Assembly: GCA_965140585.1 (NCBI GenBank)
Contig: OZ223264.1
Location: forward strand, 608,001 to 672,000
DNA from: Spirochaetia bacterium
GTDB lineage: Bacteria > Spirochaetota > Spirochaetia > UBA9216
Reading direction: 5' to 3'
Length of the DNA stretch: 64,000 nt
Shown here: positions 31,573 through 41,367 of the stretch, piece after piece
How positions within the stretch are numbered: position 1 is the stretch's first letter
Layout of the letters: every line of letters starts with the position of its first letter
Made by a program: the position numbers and the translations under genes
The notes under the pieces: model-generated
Database searches by the model: none
The model's input: only the letters and a program-made list of their open reading frames with translations
Told to the model about the DNA's origin: nothing

Positions 31573-32343
31573 TCAGCTTTTTATCAGTCTGATTATCAGC
31601 ACAGCAGTAATGACTACAATTGCAGTAATGGCGGAAATAACCACTTCTGTAGCATCACCGACAGCACTTCTTTTTATAACAATTCCAAGCAGTGCCCATA
31701 TTACTACAAGGCTGTATCCTATATCTCTTCTTGTTACAATTATGAGACAGGTTATAATAACTGCAGCAGCAATAACTATTACCGTCCATGCTTCTTCAGA
31801 CAGGAAATACCCTTTTAAGTTCAAATTGACTAGAAAAGCAGTAATGTTGGCTATCGTTGCGACCGTTATCCAGCCCAGATATATGCTGAACGGGAGTCTT
31901 GTGAGAATATATACAATTTTACTTTGTGGAACAGTGTTACTTAGTTTGAGGTATATAATTATCAGGCTTGCAAGAATTAAAGCCATAAAGAGTAGTGAGA
32001 GGCTAAGTCTTTTCCAGTGCCAGGCGAATATCCATCCAATATTAGCTATTCCGGAAACCAGAAACCAAATATTTATTTCTGACAAAAATGATGCGTCAAT
32101 AGAAGCTTTAAACACCGCTATTATGCTGTATACCGAGAAGCAGGCAAGAAATAAATATATAACTCCCCACACAGAAAATGTAATTCCTGCGGGAACAAAG
32201 AGGTTGGGGTACAGATCCGAAAGTTCTCCTGTTCCGATTCCGTTTAAAGGTAAAATGTTTGCAAGTGCGTTAACGGTAACTATCGCGACAAATACTGCCA
32301 GATTGATAAATGCAAAAATATAAAGCTGAAACGGTTTTTCCAT
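31573..32343 (-). CDS. Tryptophan-rich sensory (TspO-like) membrane protein
   Basis: PAGITFSVWGVIY, NIGWIFAWH, SIYLGWITVAT. Confidence 0.75.
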   Translation of the reverse strand: MEKPFQLYIFAFINLAVFVAIVTVNALANILPLNGIGTGELSDLYPNLFVPAGITFSVWGVIYLFLACFSVYSIIAVFKASIDASFLSEINIWFLVSGIANIGWIFAWHWKRLSLSLLFMALILASLIIIYLKLSNTVPQSKIVYILTRLPFSIYLGWITVATIANITAFLVNLNLKGYFLSEEAWTVIVIAAAVIITCLIIVTRRDIGYSLVVIWALLGIVIKRSAVGDATEVVISAITAIVVITAVLIIRLIKS

Positions 32344-32485
32344 TATTTTCCTCCGGTCCAGTTCAATTATAATATTAAAGAGTCTGGTAATGCAATAAAT
32401 TCAATCGGGACTGTTCTTTAACTTTATATTTAATTATATTACGATTTTACTGAAATGAACCTATCGCTTAGGAGATAATATTTTC

Positions 32486-33859
32486 ATGGCACATATTGGA
32501 ATTGGTCTTGATTTTGGAACCTCAAACACAACTGCGGCTGTTTATGACGGCAACAGTATTGAATATATAAGGCTGGATGACTATCTGAATGAAGGAGTCA
32601 TTATGCCCACCGCTCTGTATCTTGATCGCGAGATACAGCCTACGGTAGGCGGCGGTGCAATACTCAAATATCTGGAAGAGAATACCAGCCGTAAGATAAC
32701 ACTTACTGATAAGGAAATAGGCTGCATAACGGTTCATATGGGTGAGATGGACAGGGATCATACCATTGAAAGAGACAGGTCCTATACACAGGTTGTGACC
32801 GGAAAGATAGACGCAGAACTTCCGGGGCGTTTATTCAAGTCTATGAAGAGCTATCTGGGTGATACAGGAGATCCGCGTTTCGATGTATTTGGTAAAAAAT
32901 TCCGGCTTGAAGCTATTTTGACCATCATATTAAGGCATGTAGCTGAACGGCTTGCTGAGCACAGTCCCGGACAGGATTTTTCACTGCGTATCGGCCGGCC
33001 GGTTATCTACTGCGGGACGGCCGCTCATTCCGAAGAAATAGCTCTGGAAAGAATGAGTCTGTCCAGTTCAAGAGCCGGGCTGCAAAACTTCTCATTCATG
33101 CTGGAACCTGAAGCTGCGGCGTTAAGCTACCTGAACAGTCACCCAGGACCGGAGCATGAGAATATTCTGGTTGTCGACTTCGGCGGCGGTACGCTTGACC
33201 TGTGCATTCTTGAGAAAGGCAGCGGGGGCTTGGATTTTCTTGGCGCGGCGGGTATCCCACGGGCAGGTGATAACATTGACAGGATGATTTTCAGAAAAAA
33301 AATTGCTCCGCTGCTTGGTGACGGCCTGACCATCAGTCATGATTTTCACTATCCTGAGTTTGAAGAATTTCTGCTCAACTGGCAAAGCACATATCTGCTT
33401 AACCAGGCTTCTTATATCGAGAAAGTGAACATGCTTATCAGGGAAGGCGGAACTACAGGTGAAAAGGGCCGCAGGCTAAAGATGCTGATACGCTGCAATG
33501 GTTCATTTCAGTTGATGGAAAGGATCGAACAGGCAAAAATTGAGCTGTCTGAAAAAGAGCGAACTTCAATAGCAATGGAAGAAATAGATCTTGATGTGGA
33601 ATTTACCAGAGCTGAACTTGAAGGAATAATTATTCCGGTATTTCAGGATATAGAGCAGGTTCTCAATGAGGTTCTGCAGAATGCAGAGCTTGGTAAAGAG
33701 CAAATTAGCCGCATAGTCTGTACAGGCGGTACTTCACGAATCCCTGCTGTCAGAAGACATCTATCAGAAATAATCGGTAAGGAACCAGAGGAGTGGAATC
33801 CCTTTCGCGGCATTGCTGCGGGCCTGGCTGTGGCGGCATTTGAAGGATTAAAGGTCTAA
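32486..33859 (+). CDS. Hsp70-family protein (YegD-like)
   Basis: GLDFGTSNT, EPEAAA, VDFGGGTLD, TGGTSRIP; lacks the DnaK substrate-binding domain. Confidence 0.88.
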   Translation: MAHIGIGLDFGTSNTTAAVYDGNSIEYIRLDDYLNEGVIMPTALYLDREIQPTVGGGAILKYLEENTSRKITLTDKEIGCITVHMGEMDRDHTIERDRSYTQVVTGKIDAELPGRLFKSMKSYLGDTGDPRFDVFGKKFRLEAILTIILRHVAERLAEHSPGQDFSLRIGRPVIYCGTAAHSEEIALERMSLSSSRAGLQNFSFMLEPEAAALSYLNSHPGPEHENILVVDFGGGTLDLCILEKGSGGLDFLGAAGIPRAGDNIDRMIFRKKIAPLLGDGLTISHDFHYPEFEEFLLNWQSTYLLNQASYIEKVNMLIREGGTTGEKGRRLKMLIRCNGSFQLMERIEQAKIELSEKERTSIAMEEIDLDVEFTRAELEGIIIPVFQDIEQVLNEVLQNAELGKEQISRIVCTGGTSRIPAVRRHLSEIIGKEPEEWNPFRGIAAGLAVAAFEGLKV

Positions 33860-34875
33860 TCGACAGAATTATATGGGGCGGAAGCGATCGCTCTTTTTCT
33901 GTACTGCCTTGGAGATGAGCCGTATTGGTTCTTAAAGGCTATGCTGAAATCTCCGGGATTCCGGAATCCCGAGGCAAGGGCGGCTTCCGCAATTGTTCCC
34001 TTTTCCGAAATAATCAGTTCTCCCGCTTTTTTTAAACGTAATTCCGTCAGGACCTGATGCATTGTCTTTCCGTAGGCCTGTCTGAATCCGGTTTTAAGTT
34101 TATAATCGTTTAAGCCCACATGATGTGAAAGTTCCAGCAGATTAGGGGGACATTCCAGGTTCTCCGCTAAAATGCGTCGGGCTTCCCTTATTCGGTCTAT
34201 GTCCCGTGAACAAAGAATTGTGCCGCGGGACTGCATTCCTCCACTCAAAAATGAGATCAGGCCGGAAGCATAGGCAAGACAGTATTCTTCCATAATCTCC
34301 GGAGGTGCATTGTTAGAAGAATTTAACAGTATCTCATTTAGTATAGCATTTAGCGCTGTAGGTATTATACAACTGCAGCTTTTCACTCCACGGAAATTGC
34401 CGTCCTTGAATGATAGTACGTTAGATGGAAGGCAGGAGCCTGTCTGGCTGCAGCAGGAGTCAAATATTTCCGGAGTAAGATGAATTTCCATTAAATGAAA
34501 ATCCTGTGTGCCTGATAGCGTTGTATTCACATCAAGCTCTCCCTCTATGAAAGATAATGTGCACTGTTTAGGATAAGCCATGAGATCCTGCTTCTGCCCC
34601 TTGATATCATGCTTAAAGACTCCTTCCAGACATATTCCAACTTCTATCATAGCGGTCTCCCTGGTACGGCTCCGGAAGCCGAAAGAGTCCTTTATATCCC
34701 CGCTGACACGGGAAAAGGATATTCCAGGGCCCACTCCTGAGTATTTAAATATTCCCTCTATTCCCGGAGCTTTCATCGTCCAGTCCGTCGGCATACTGTC
34801 ATCAATGGGAAAAGATTCCATAAATAGTCCAAGCTGTTCTGCTAACTCCTCTTTTCTGCTGAATTGAAGATGCAT
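33856..34875 (-). CDS. AraC-family regulator (PchR/YbtA-like)
   Basis: LKTGFRQAYG, GFRNPGDFSIAFKNQYGSSP; divergent from the ABC operon. Confidence 0.9.
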   Translation of the reverse strand: MHLQFSRKEELAEQLGLFMESFPIDDSMPTDWTMKAPGIEGIFKYSGVGPGISFSRVSGDIKDSFGFRSRTRETAMIEVGICLEGVFKHDIKGQKQDLMAYPKQCTLSFIEGELDVNTTLSGTQDFHLMEIHLTPEIFDSCCSQTGSCLPSNVLSFKDGNFRGVKSCSCIIPTALNAILNEILLNSSNNAPPEIMEEYCLAYASGLISFLSGGMQSRGTILCSRDIDRIREARRILAENLECPPNLLELSHHVGLNDYKLKTGFRQAYGKTMHQVLTELRLKKAGELIISEKGTIAEAALASGFRNPGDFSIAFKNQYGSSPRQYRKRAIASAPYNSVD

Positions 34876-35001
34876 TGTTTTCTCTCCTTTCTTTTATTAA
34901 TCCTGATTTCGGTAGATTTATAGGGCTAACATGTTTACTCTATCATAAATTATGCAAGACTAACAATATTAGGCAATAAAATAAAAACGGGAGGCATAAA
35001 A

Positions 35002-36801
35002 ATGCCGAATAAAAAAGAAGACCCTCTTTTAAAGAGGTTTGTTCCCTACATGGGAAGGAAAAAGACGCTGCTGCCGCTATCGCTGTTCCTGTCCGGAACT
35101 TCAGCGGCTCTGAATATTCTGCCCTATGTTTTTATATGGATTATCGTGAGAGAAGTTTTGTCATCTCCTGGCGGAATCAACCCCGGTGAGATTGGTCCCT
35201 ATGCCTGGCTTGCCCTTGGCAGCGCCCTTGGCGGAGTGATCTTTTATTTTTGCGGATTGATGAGTTCACATATAGCCGCCTTTCGGGTGGAAGTGGGACT
35301 GCAGAAAGTGGCTATGGGAAGGATTCGGAACATGCCTCTGGGCTTTTTCGATAAATATCCAAGCGGTAAAATCCGCAAGATCGTTAATGACGGAGCCAGG
35401 ACTACTCATACATTTTTAGCTCATCAGCTGCCTGATATGGCAGGAAGCGTTGTCACTCCTGTCATACTGCTGATTCTGACCTTTACGGTGGACTGGAAAA
35501 TGGGACTCTGCTCCCTGATTCCGATTGTTTTAGGGTTCTCTACAATGCGTTTTATGATGACCGAAAAGGGGCGGGCGTTTCAGAAGCAGTATATGGATGC
35601 CCTGGAAGAAATGAGCTCCCAGTCGGTAGATTACATCCGGGGGATCCCCGTGGTTAAGACCTTTGGACAGACCATTTTCTCTTTTAAACGTTTCCATGAC
35701 AGCATTATGGGGTACAAGAATATGGTTCTGGCCTATACTCTGATGTGGCGGACTCCGATGTCCTTCTATACGGTTATTATGGAATCGGCAGCCTTCTTCC
35801 TTGTTCCTCTATCCATTCTGATGATTGGGCAGGGCGGGGAGCTGCCGGTGATAATTGCGAATTTTCTTTTTTACCTGCTAATCGCTCCAACCTTTTCCCA
35901 GGTCCTCATGCGATCCATGTATTTTCGTCAGAATGCTCTGATTGCTTCACATGCCATCAACCGTATAGATGATCTGATGAATTATCCTGCTATGTACTAT
36001 CCTGATAAAGATTGCCGCAGCGGTGAGGCCAGTCTGGAATTCCGGAATGTCAGCTTTACCTATGAAGGGAACGAGTCACCGGCAGTTGAGGGAATCAGCT
36101 TTAAAGTCAACCGTGGTGAAACTGTGGCCCTGGTCGGACCTTCGGGAGGGGGGAAAACTACCATAGCCCGGCTTGCCGCCCGTTTTTGGGATGCCGATGC
36201 AGGCGATATCCTGATAGGCGGTGAAAGCATTAAAGAATATCCGAAAAAACAGTTGATGGACCGTATCTCATTCGTTTTTCAGAACACCCGGCTTTTCAAG
36301 GGCACCCTCAGGGAGAATATCGTTTTCGGTAAGAATGACGTGACAGAAGCGGATATCGAACGGGCCGTTGAGCTTTCACAGTCCAGGGAGATAATCGACT
36401 ACCAGAAAGAGGGGCTGGACACTGTTATCGGCTCCAGGGGGACCTATCTTTCAGGCGGAGAGCAGCAGCGTATAGCCCTGGCCAGGGCTATCGTAAAAGA
36501 TGCGCCTATCATCCTCCTTGACGAGGCTACGGCCTTTGCCGATCCGGAAAATGAGCATCTGATACATAAGGGGATGAAAGAGCTGAGCCGGGGAAAAACA
36601 ACCTTGATGATCGCCCACAGACTAACCACAGTAAGGGATGCTGATCTCATCCTTGTTATTGAAAAAGGTCAGATAGTTCAGCAGGGAACCCACGAGCAAT
36701 TGCTGGACCGGGACGGGCTCTATAGAGCGCTGTGGAATGAGTATCAGAAGTCCATAGCCTGGAAAATAGCCGCAAGGGAAGCGGTAGGAATGGGAGAATA
36801 G
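35002..36801 (+). CDS. ABC transporter TMD+NBD (YbtP/IrtA-like half 1)
   Basis: GPSGGGKT, LSGGEQQR, LLDEAT, AHQLPD. Confidence 0.9.
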   Translation: MPNKKEDPLLKRFVPYMGRKKTLLPLSLFLSGTSAALNILPYVFIWIIVREVLSSPGGINPGEIGPYAWLALGSALGGVIFYFCGLMSSHIAAFRVEVGLQKVAMGRIRNMPLGFFDKYPSGKIRKIVNDGARTTHTFLAHQLPDMAGSVVTPVILLILTFTVDWKMGLCSLIPIVLGFSTMRFMMTEKGRAFQKQYMDALEEMSSQSVDYIRGIPVVKTFGQTIFSFKRFHDSIMGYKNMVLAYTLMWRTPMSFYTVIMESAAFFLVPLSILMIGQGGELPVIIANFLFYLLIAPTFSQVLMRSMYFRQNALIASHAINRIDDLMNYPAMYYPDKDCRSGEASLEFRNVSFTYEGNESPAVEGISFKVNRGETVALVGPSGGGKTTIARLAARFWDADAGDILIGGESIKEYPKKQLMDRISFVFQNTRLFKGTLRENIVFGKNDVTEADIERAVELSQSREIIDYQKEGLDTVIGSRGTYLSGGEQQRIALARAIVKDAPIILLDEATAFADPENEHLIHKGMKELSRGKTTLMIAHRLTTVRDADLILVIEKGQIVQQGTHEQLLDRDGLYRALWNEYQKSIAWKIAAREAVGMGE

Positions 36802-36802
36802 G

Positions 36803-38527
36803 ATGATTAAATATTTTCAAAACAAATACGCTATGTCCGAAGAGGGGGCAAGGGATTTCGGTAAATCCATTTTCTGGACGACCCTGCTTTTTATAAGCTT
36901 CATGTTTCCCCCTGTTCTCGGCTTCAAATTTCTGGATGAATACCTGGTATCAGGGAATGCTACGGGGCGGTTTCAGCCCTATCTCATTCTTACCGGGCTT
37001 TTCTTCATCATTATGTTCATATTTGCCTATATCCAGTACGATTCCACATATACGCGAATTTACGGAGAAAGTGCCAGACAGCGGCTCAACCTGGCGGAGA
37101 CTCTGAGGAAACTGCCCCTGGCTTTTTTTGGTAAAAAGGACATTTCCGATCTCAGCTCTACCATCATGGAAGATGCCACTTCGATTGAGCAGATCTTCTC
37201 ACACACAATACCTCAGCTCTATGCATCGATCATCAACATCTGTCTGTTTGCAGTTATGTTGTTCATCTATAACTGGAAGATGTCTGTAGCCCTATTGTGG
37301 GTAGCCCCCGTAGCAGCTTTGGTTTTTTTCTTATCCAGAAAATTCCAGGGAAGAACCCAGAAAAAGCTCTATGATCAGAATCGCGATATCACCGAAAGCG
37401 TCCAGGAAGAGCTGGACCTTATCCATGAGATAAAATCCTATAACCGGGAAGAGGCTTTTACCAAAAGGCTGAACGAAAACCTGGACAGTTACGAACATAC
37501 CCTTCTCAGCCAGGAGCTGTTTATTGGTGCAACCATCAACCTCTCCTATATGATTTTAAAACTGGGGCTTCCGTCTGTTATTTTCGCCGGAGCTTATATG
37601 CTTTACAGCGGCGCGGCCGACTTTACAGTATTTACATATCTGGCCTTTCTAGTGGTTGCGTCCCGTATTTATGCTCCCATGATGCAGTGCTTTGATAATT
37701 TCGCGGCATTGATAATGCTTAAAGTGCGTATCAACCGTATGAAGGAGATGGATGCTATGCCCCGCCAGACCGGAACAGCTGATTTTCATCCGCAGAGCTA
37801 CGATATCAGTTTCAATAATGTGGATTTTTCATACCTTGGTGATGTTCAGACGCTGAAAAACGTGAGCTTTACCGCAAAACAGGGGGAGGTTACAGCGTTG
37901 GTCGGTCCTTCCGGAGGCGGAAAGAGTACTGTTGCCAAACTGTCCGCCCGCTTCTGGGATGTGAACAGGGGAGTCATAACTTTGGGGGGAGAGGATATTT
38001 CCCTTATAGATCCGGAAACTCTGCTTCAGAATTTCTCCATTGTATTCCAGGACGTAACCCTCTTCAATTCATCGGTAATGGATAATATCAGGCTGGGACG
38101 AAAAGATGCCACTGATGAAGAGGTTCTGGAAGCCGCCTGTATGGCCCAGTGCGATGAGTTTGCATCCAAGCTGCCGGATGGGTACGAAACTACCATTGGA
38201 GAAAACGGGGAAAGGCTGTCAGGAGGGGAGCGGCAGCGGATATCTATTGCCCGGGCTATTTTAAAGAACGCTCCTATCATCCTTCTGGATGAGGCCACTG
38301 CGTCTCTGGATGCTGAAAACGAGAGCAAAATCCAGCAGGCCTTAAGCGAACTGACCCGCGGTAAAACTGTACTGATTATTGCCCACCGTATGCGTACCGT
38401 CTCAGGTGCGGACAAGATTGTGGTTCTCAAAGACGGATCTGTATACGAAGCCGGCTCACCCGGTGAACTGATTGAAAAGGACGGTCTTTTCGCTTCCATG
38501 CTTAAGGCGCAATACCAGACTGCTTAA
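36803..38527 (+). CDS. ABC transporter TMD+NBD (YbtQ/IrtB-like half 2)
   Basis: GPSGGGKS, LSGGERQR, LLDEAT. Confidence 0.9.
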   Translation: MIKYFQNKYAMSEEGARDFGKSIFWTTLLFISFMFPPVLGFKFLDEYLVSGNATGRFQPYLILTGLFFIIMFIFAYIQYDSTYTRIYGESARQRLNLAETLRKLPLAFFGKKDISDLSSTIMEDATSIEQIFSHTIPQLYASIINICLFAVMLFIYNWKMSVALLWVAPVAALVFFLSRKFQGRTQKKLYDQNRDITESVQEELDLIHEIKSYNREEAFTKRLNENLDSYEHTLLSQELFIGATINLSYMILKLGLPSVIFAGAYMLYSGAADFTVFTYLAFLVVASRIYAPMMQCFDNFAALIMLKVRINRMKEMDAMPRQTGTADFHPQSYDISFNNVDFSYLGDVQTLKNVSFTAKQGEVTALVGPSGGGKSTVAKLSARFWDVNRGVITLGGEDISLIDPETLLQNFSIVFQDVTLFNSSVMDNIRLGRKDATDEEVLEAACMAQCDEFASKLPDGYETTIGENGERLSGGERQRISIARAILKNAPIILLDEATASLDAENESKIQQALSELTRGKTVLIIAHRMRTVSGADKIVVLKDGSVYEAGSPGELIEKDGLFASMLKAQYQTA

Positions 38528-38546
38528 AATTATGAGGAGTGATTCG

Positions 38547-39119
38547 ATGAATAATAAACTGAATGTGAAGGATCTTATCAATGTAGGGCTCTTCACTGCA
38601 ATCTATTTTGTTGCGTTTTTTGTAACCGGCATGCTGGGCTACATCCCTGTACTAATGCTGGCTCTCCCATTTCTTACGCCGGTAGTAGGAGGCATACCAT
38701 TTATGCTCTATCTTACCAGGGTAAAAAAATTCGGCATGATTACACTTACAGGCGTTATTGTTTCCCTGCTGATGCTTGCCACAGGTCACGGATGGCCGAT
38801 CCTGGTGACGGGTTTAAGTTTTCCGTTTCTGGCTGATCTCTTATTCAAGTCCGGCAGCTGGAAAAGGACTCTGCTGAGTTACTGTGTATTTTCACTTTGG
38901 ATTTTCGGAGCCATGCTTCCGATGTGGATTATGAGAGACAGCTACTTTGCCATGGTACGTGAGGGCTATGGAGACGAATACACCGATGCGCTTATGAATA
39001 TCATGTCCGGCGGAGTTCTTGCGGTACTGCCGGTCCTGGCAATCGCCGGCGCAATTGTAGGTGCTTTTATCGGACGGGGTGCGCTTAAGAAGCACTTCAA
39101 ACGCGCCGGGGTCGTCTGA
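38547..39119 (+). CDS. MptD-family putative ECF S component
   Basis: GAGGAG RBS; KDLINVGLFTAIYF at the start and LKKHFKRAG at the end. Confidence 0.85.
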   Translation: MNNKLNVKDLINVGLFTAIYFVAFFVTGMLGYIPVLMLALPFLTPVVGGIPFMLYLTRVKKFGMITLTGVIVSLLMLATGHGWPILVTGLSFPFLADLLFKSGSWKRTLLSYCVFSLWIFGAMLPMWIMRDSYFAMVREGYGDEYTDALMNIMSGGVLAVLPVLAIAGAIVGAFIGRGALKKHFKRAGVV

Positions 39120-39850
39120 TGCTAAGTGCGACTTCCGACAGGAGCTGTCGGAAAATCCGCTTGACTCTGGATCCGCGGACCAAGCTGTTCATGGTAATGA
39201 TTATTAGCATCTTTATGATGAGCGGATCCATAAGCGGATATTCAGTCTATCCCCGATTTGTTTTGGCAGCTGTTCCCTTCCTGCTGCTGCTCTCTGAAGG
39301 GAGGAGTAAAGAGGCTCTTCTTTATGCCTTTTTTCTTGTACTGGCATCCTGGTCCGAGTCGTGTTTAGTGGTTAGTACCAGCGGGTGGCTGAGCATCCTT
39401 ATCGTCATGCTTTCAGGTGTGGTAACCAGGTTTATCCCATGCGTCATAATGGGATACTACCTGGTTCTTACCACAACAGTCAGCCAGTTCCTGGCGGCAA
39501 TGGAGAGGCTTCACATGACCGGACTTATTACCATACCAATGGCTGTTATGTTCCGTTTTTTTCCAACCATTGGAGAAGAATCACGCTGCATAAACGATGC
39601 TATGCGCATGCGGGGACTTGGGATGAGGAGCCCCGGGCATAATCCTGTTTCCATGCTGGAACATCGCTTTGTGCCTCTCATGGCTTCTGTTGTAAAAACC
39701 GGAGAAGAGCTTACTGTATCTGCTTTGACCCGCGGACTTGGAGGCCCTGATAAAAGGACAAACATCTGTGAAATCGGCTTCGGTTTATGGGATCTGGTAT
39801 TTGCCATAACCGTATTGTCTGCTGCTGTTTGTTATGTGCTGCTGTCGTGA
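39119..39850 (+). CDS. ECF transporter T component
   Basis: LDPRTKL, RFFPT, AMRMRG, ALTRG. Confidence 0.88.
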   Translation: MLSATSDRSCRKIRLTLDPRTKLFMVMIISIFMMSGSISGYSVYPRFVLAAVPFLLLLSEGRSKEALLYAFFLVLASWSESCLVVSTSGWLSILIVMLSGVVTRFIPCVIMGYYLVLTTTVSQFLAAMERLHMTGLITIPMAVMFRFFPTIGEESRCINDAMRMRGLGMRSPGHNPVSMLEHRFVPLMASVVKTGEELTVSALTRGLGGPDKRTNICEIGFGLWDLVFAITVLSAAVCYVLLS

Positions 39851-39869
39851 ACTGTAAGGAAGGATACAC

Positions 39870-41360
39870 GTGATTGAGATAAAAAATCTATCCTACTCTT
39901 ATTCCGGGGGGGGGAAGGGGAAAAGCCTTCGAGAGATAAGTCTTTCTATATTCAAGGGGGAGGTACTACTGCTCTGTGGCGAATCGGGATGTGGAAAAAC
40001 TACGCTTACCCGCTTGCTTAACGGACTCATCCCCCATTTCTATGAGGGGGAGTTGGAAGGCTCCGTCACTATCGAAGGGGTTGATATAGGATCTCTTCCT
40101 CTGCATGAAACGGGAAGGAAGGCAGGTTCAGTTTTTCAAAATCCGCGGTCACAGTTTTTCAATGTAGACACTACGGGTGAAATAGTCTTCGGCTGTGAAA
40201 ACCGGGGCATGGATAAGGAGGAAATCCGGAAGCGGCTATACGAGACTGTTAATGATTTTCGGATACATGCCCTGATGGACCGGAACATATTCCGGCTCTC
40301 CGGAGGTGAAAAGCAGAAAATCGCCTGTGCTTCCGTTTCTGCGGTAGGCCCGGATGTGCTGATTCTGGATGAACCCTCTTCAAGCCTGGATATGGAAGGA
40401 ATTGAGAATCTTCGCAGCATGATTGAGGTCTGGAAGGCCAAAGGAAAGACTATAGTCATCGCTGAGCATCGTCTTTTTTATTTGCGGGAATTGATAGACC
40501 GGGTAGTTTTTATGAAAGCAGGACGGATAGAAGCGCAGTTTGATGCTGAGAAGTTCAGCATGATGACAAGAGTTGATTTGAATGCGCTGGGATTGCGTCC
40601 CCTATATCTGGAAGATCTGGAGCTTAATACTAAAGCCCATGCACCACTGGAGGAGAGGGGGTTGCGACTGTCACAGTTCTCCTTTTCCTACCGGCAGACG
40701 GGGAGGATTCTCGATCTGGAGGACCTTACACTCCCCCGCGGCTGTGCCACAGCAATTATTGGAGGCAACGGATCAGGCAAGACAACTTTTGCACGCTGCC
40801 TCTGCGGTCTAAGCAGGAGATTCGGTGGACAGATGGAAATGGAAGGCAAAGTTTGCAGGGGGCGAGGGCTGCTGAGTAAATGCTATATGGTCATGCAGGA
40901 TGTAAATCATCAGCTTTTTTCAGAGACTGTGATGGATGAAGTGCTGCTAAGCATGGACAAAGATGACGGGGCAAAGGCGGAAGAGATCTTAGACTCTCTG
41001 GACCTTCTGGCTCTGAAAGAAGCTCATCCCCTCTCCCTGTCGGGCGGTCAGAAGCAGCGTGTGGCAATTGCCGGGGCTGTAGCTTCGGGAAAGGAGATCC
41101 TTATCTTTGATGAACCCACCAGCGGCCTGGATCTTAGGCATATGCGGGAAGTGGCGGAAATAATAAACCGTTTAATTCAGACTGGGCGAACTGTCCTTAT
41201 CATCTCCCACGATCTGGAATTCATTATGGAAAGCTGCTCCCATGTTTTGCACATTAACGACGGCAAGATGGAAGACTATTATCTATTGGATGAAGCGGGT
41301 GCGGAAAAATTAAAAGAAACATTTTTAGAGTCTCAGGGCTTACTTCAGCGGGGGAGGTAG
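39870..41360 (+). CDS. ECF transporter duplicated ATPase
   Basis: Two Walker A motifs (GESGCGKT, GGNGSGKT) and two LSGG signatures. Confidence 0.9.
   Translation: MIEIKNLSYSYSGGGKGKSLREISLSIFKGEVLLLCGESGCGKTTLTRLLNGLIPHFYEGELEGSVTIEGVDIGSLPLHETGRKAGSVFQNPRSQFFNVDTTGEIVFGCENRGMDKEEIRKRLYETVNDFRIHALMDRNIFRLSGGEKQKIACASVSAVGPDVLILDEPSSSLDMEGIENLRSMIEVWKAKGKTIVIAEHRLFYLRELIDRVVFMKAGRIEAQFDAEKFSMMTRVDLNALGLRPLYLEDLELNTKAHAPLEERGLRLSQFSFSYRQTGRILDLEDLTLPRGCATAIIGGNGSGKTTFARCLCGLSRRFGGQMEMEGKVCRGRGLLSKCYMVMQDVNHQLFSETVMDEVLLSMDKDDGAKAEEILDSLDLLALKEAHPLSLSGGQKQRVAIAGAVASGKEILIFDEPTSGLDLRHMREVAEIINRLIQTGRTVLIISHDLEFIMESCSHVLHINDGKMEDYYLLDEAGAEKLKETFLESQGLLQRGR
39906..39914 (+). repeat. G9 homopolymer in the 5' end of the ECF ATPase
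   Basis: TCC GGG GGG GGG AAG, in frame. Confidence 0.8.
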
Positions 41361-41367
41361 TTTTATT

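Noticed and set aside
31535-32323. 262-aa plus-strand ORF
   Set aside because: Antisense shadow of the TspO-like gene with no motifs. The same applies to 21020-21628, 38026-38499, 52453-52932 and most other short ORFs.
34900-34985. Fur or DtxR box in the AraC/ABC spacer
   Set aside because: Only partial CTAAC/TTAG half-sites; no convincing dyad.
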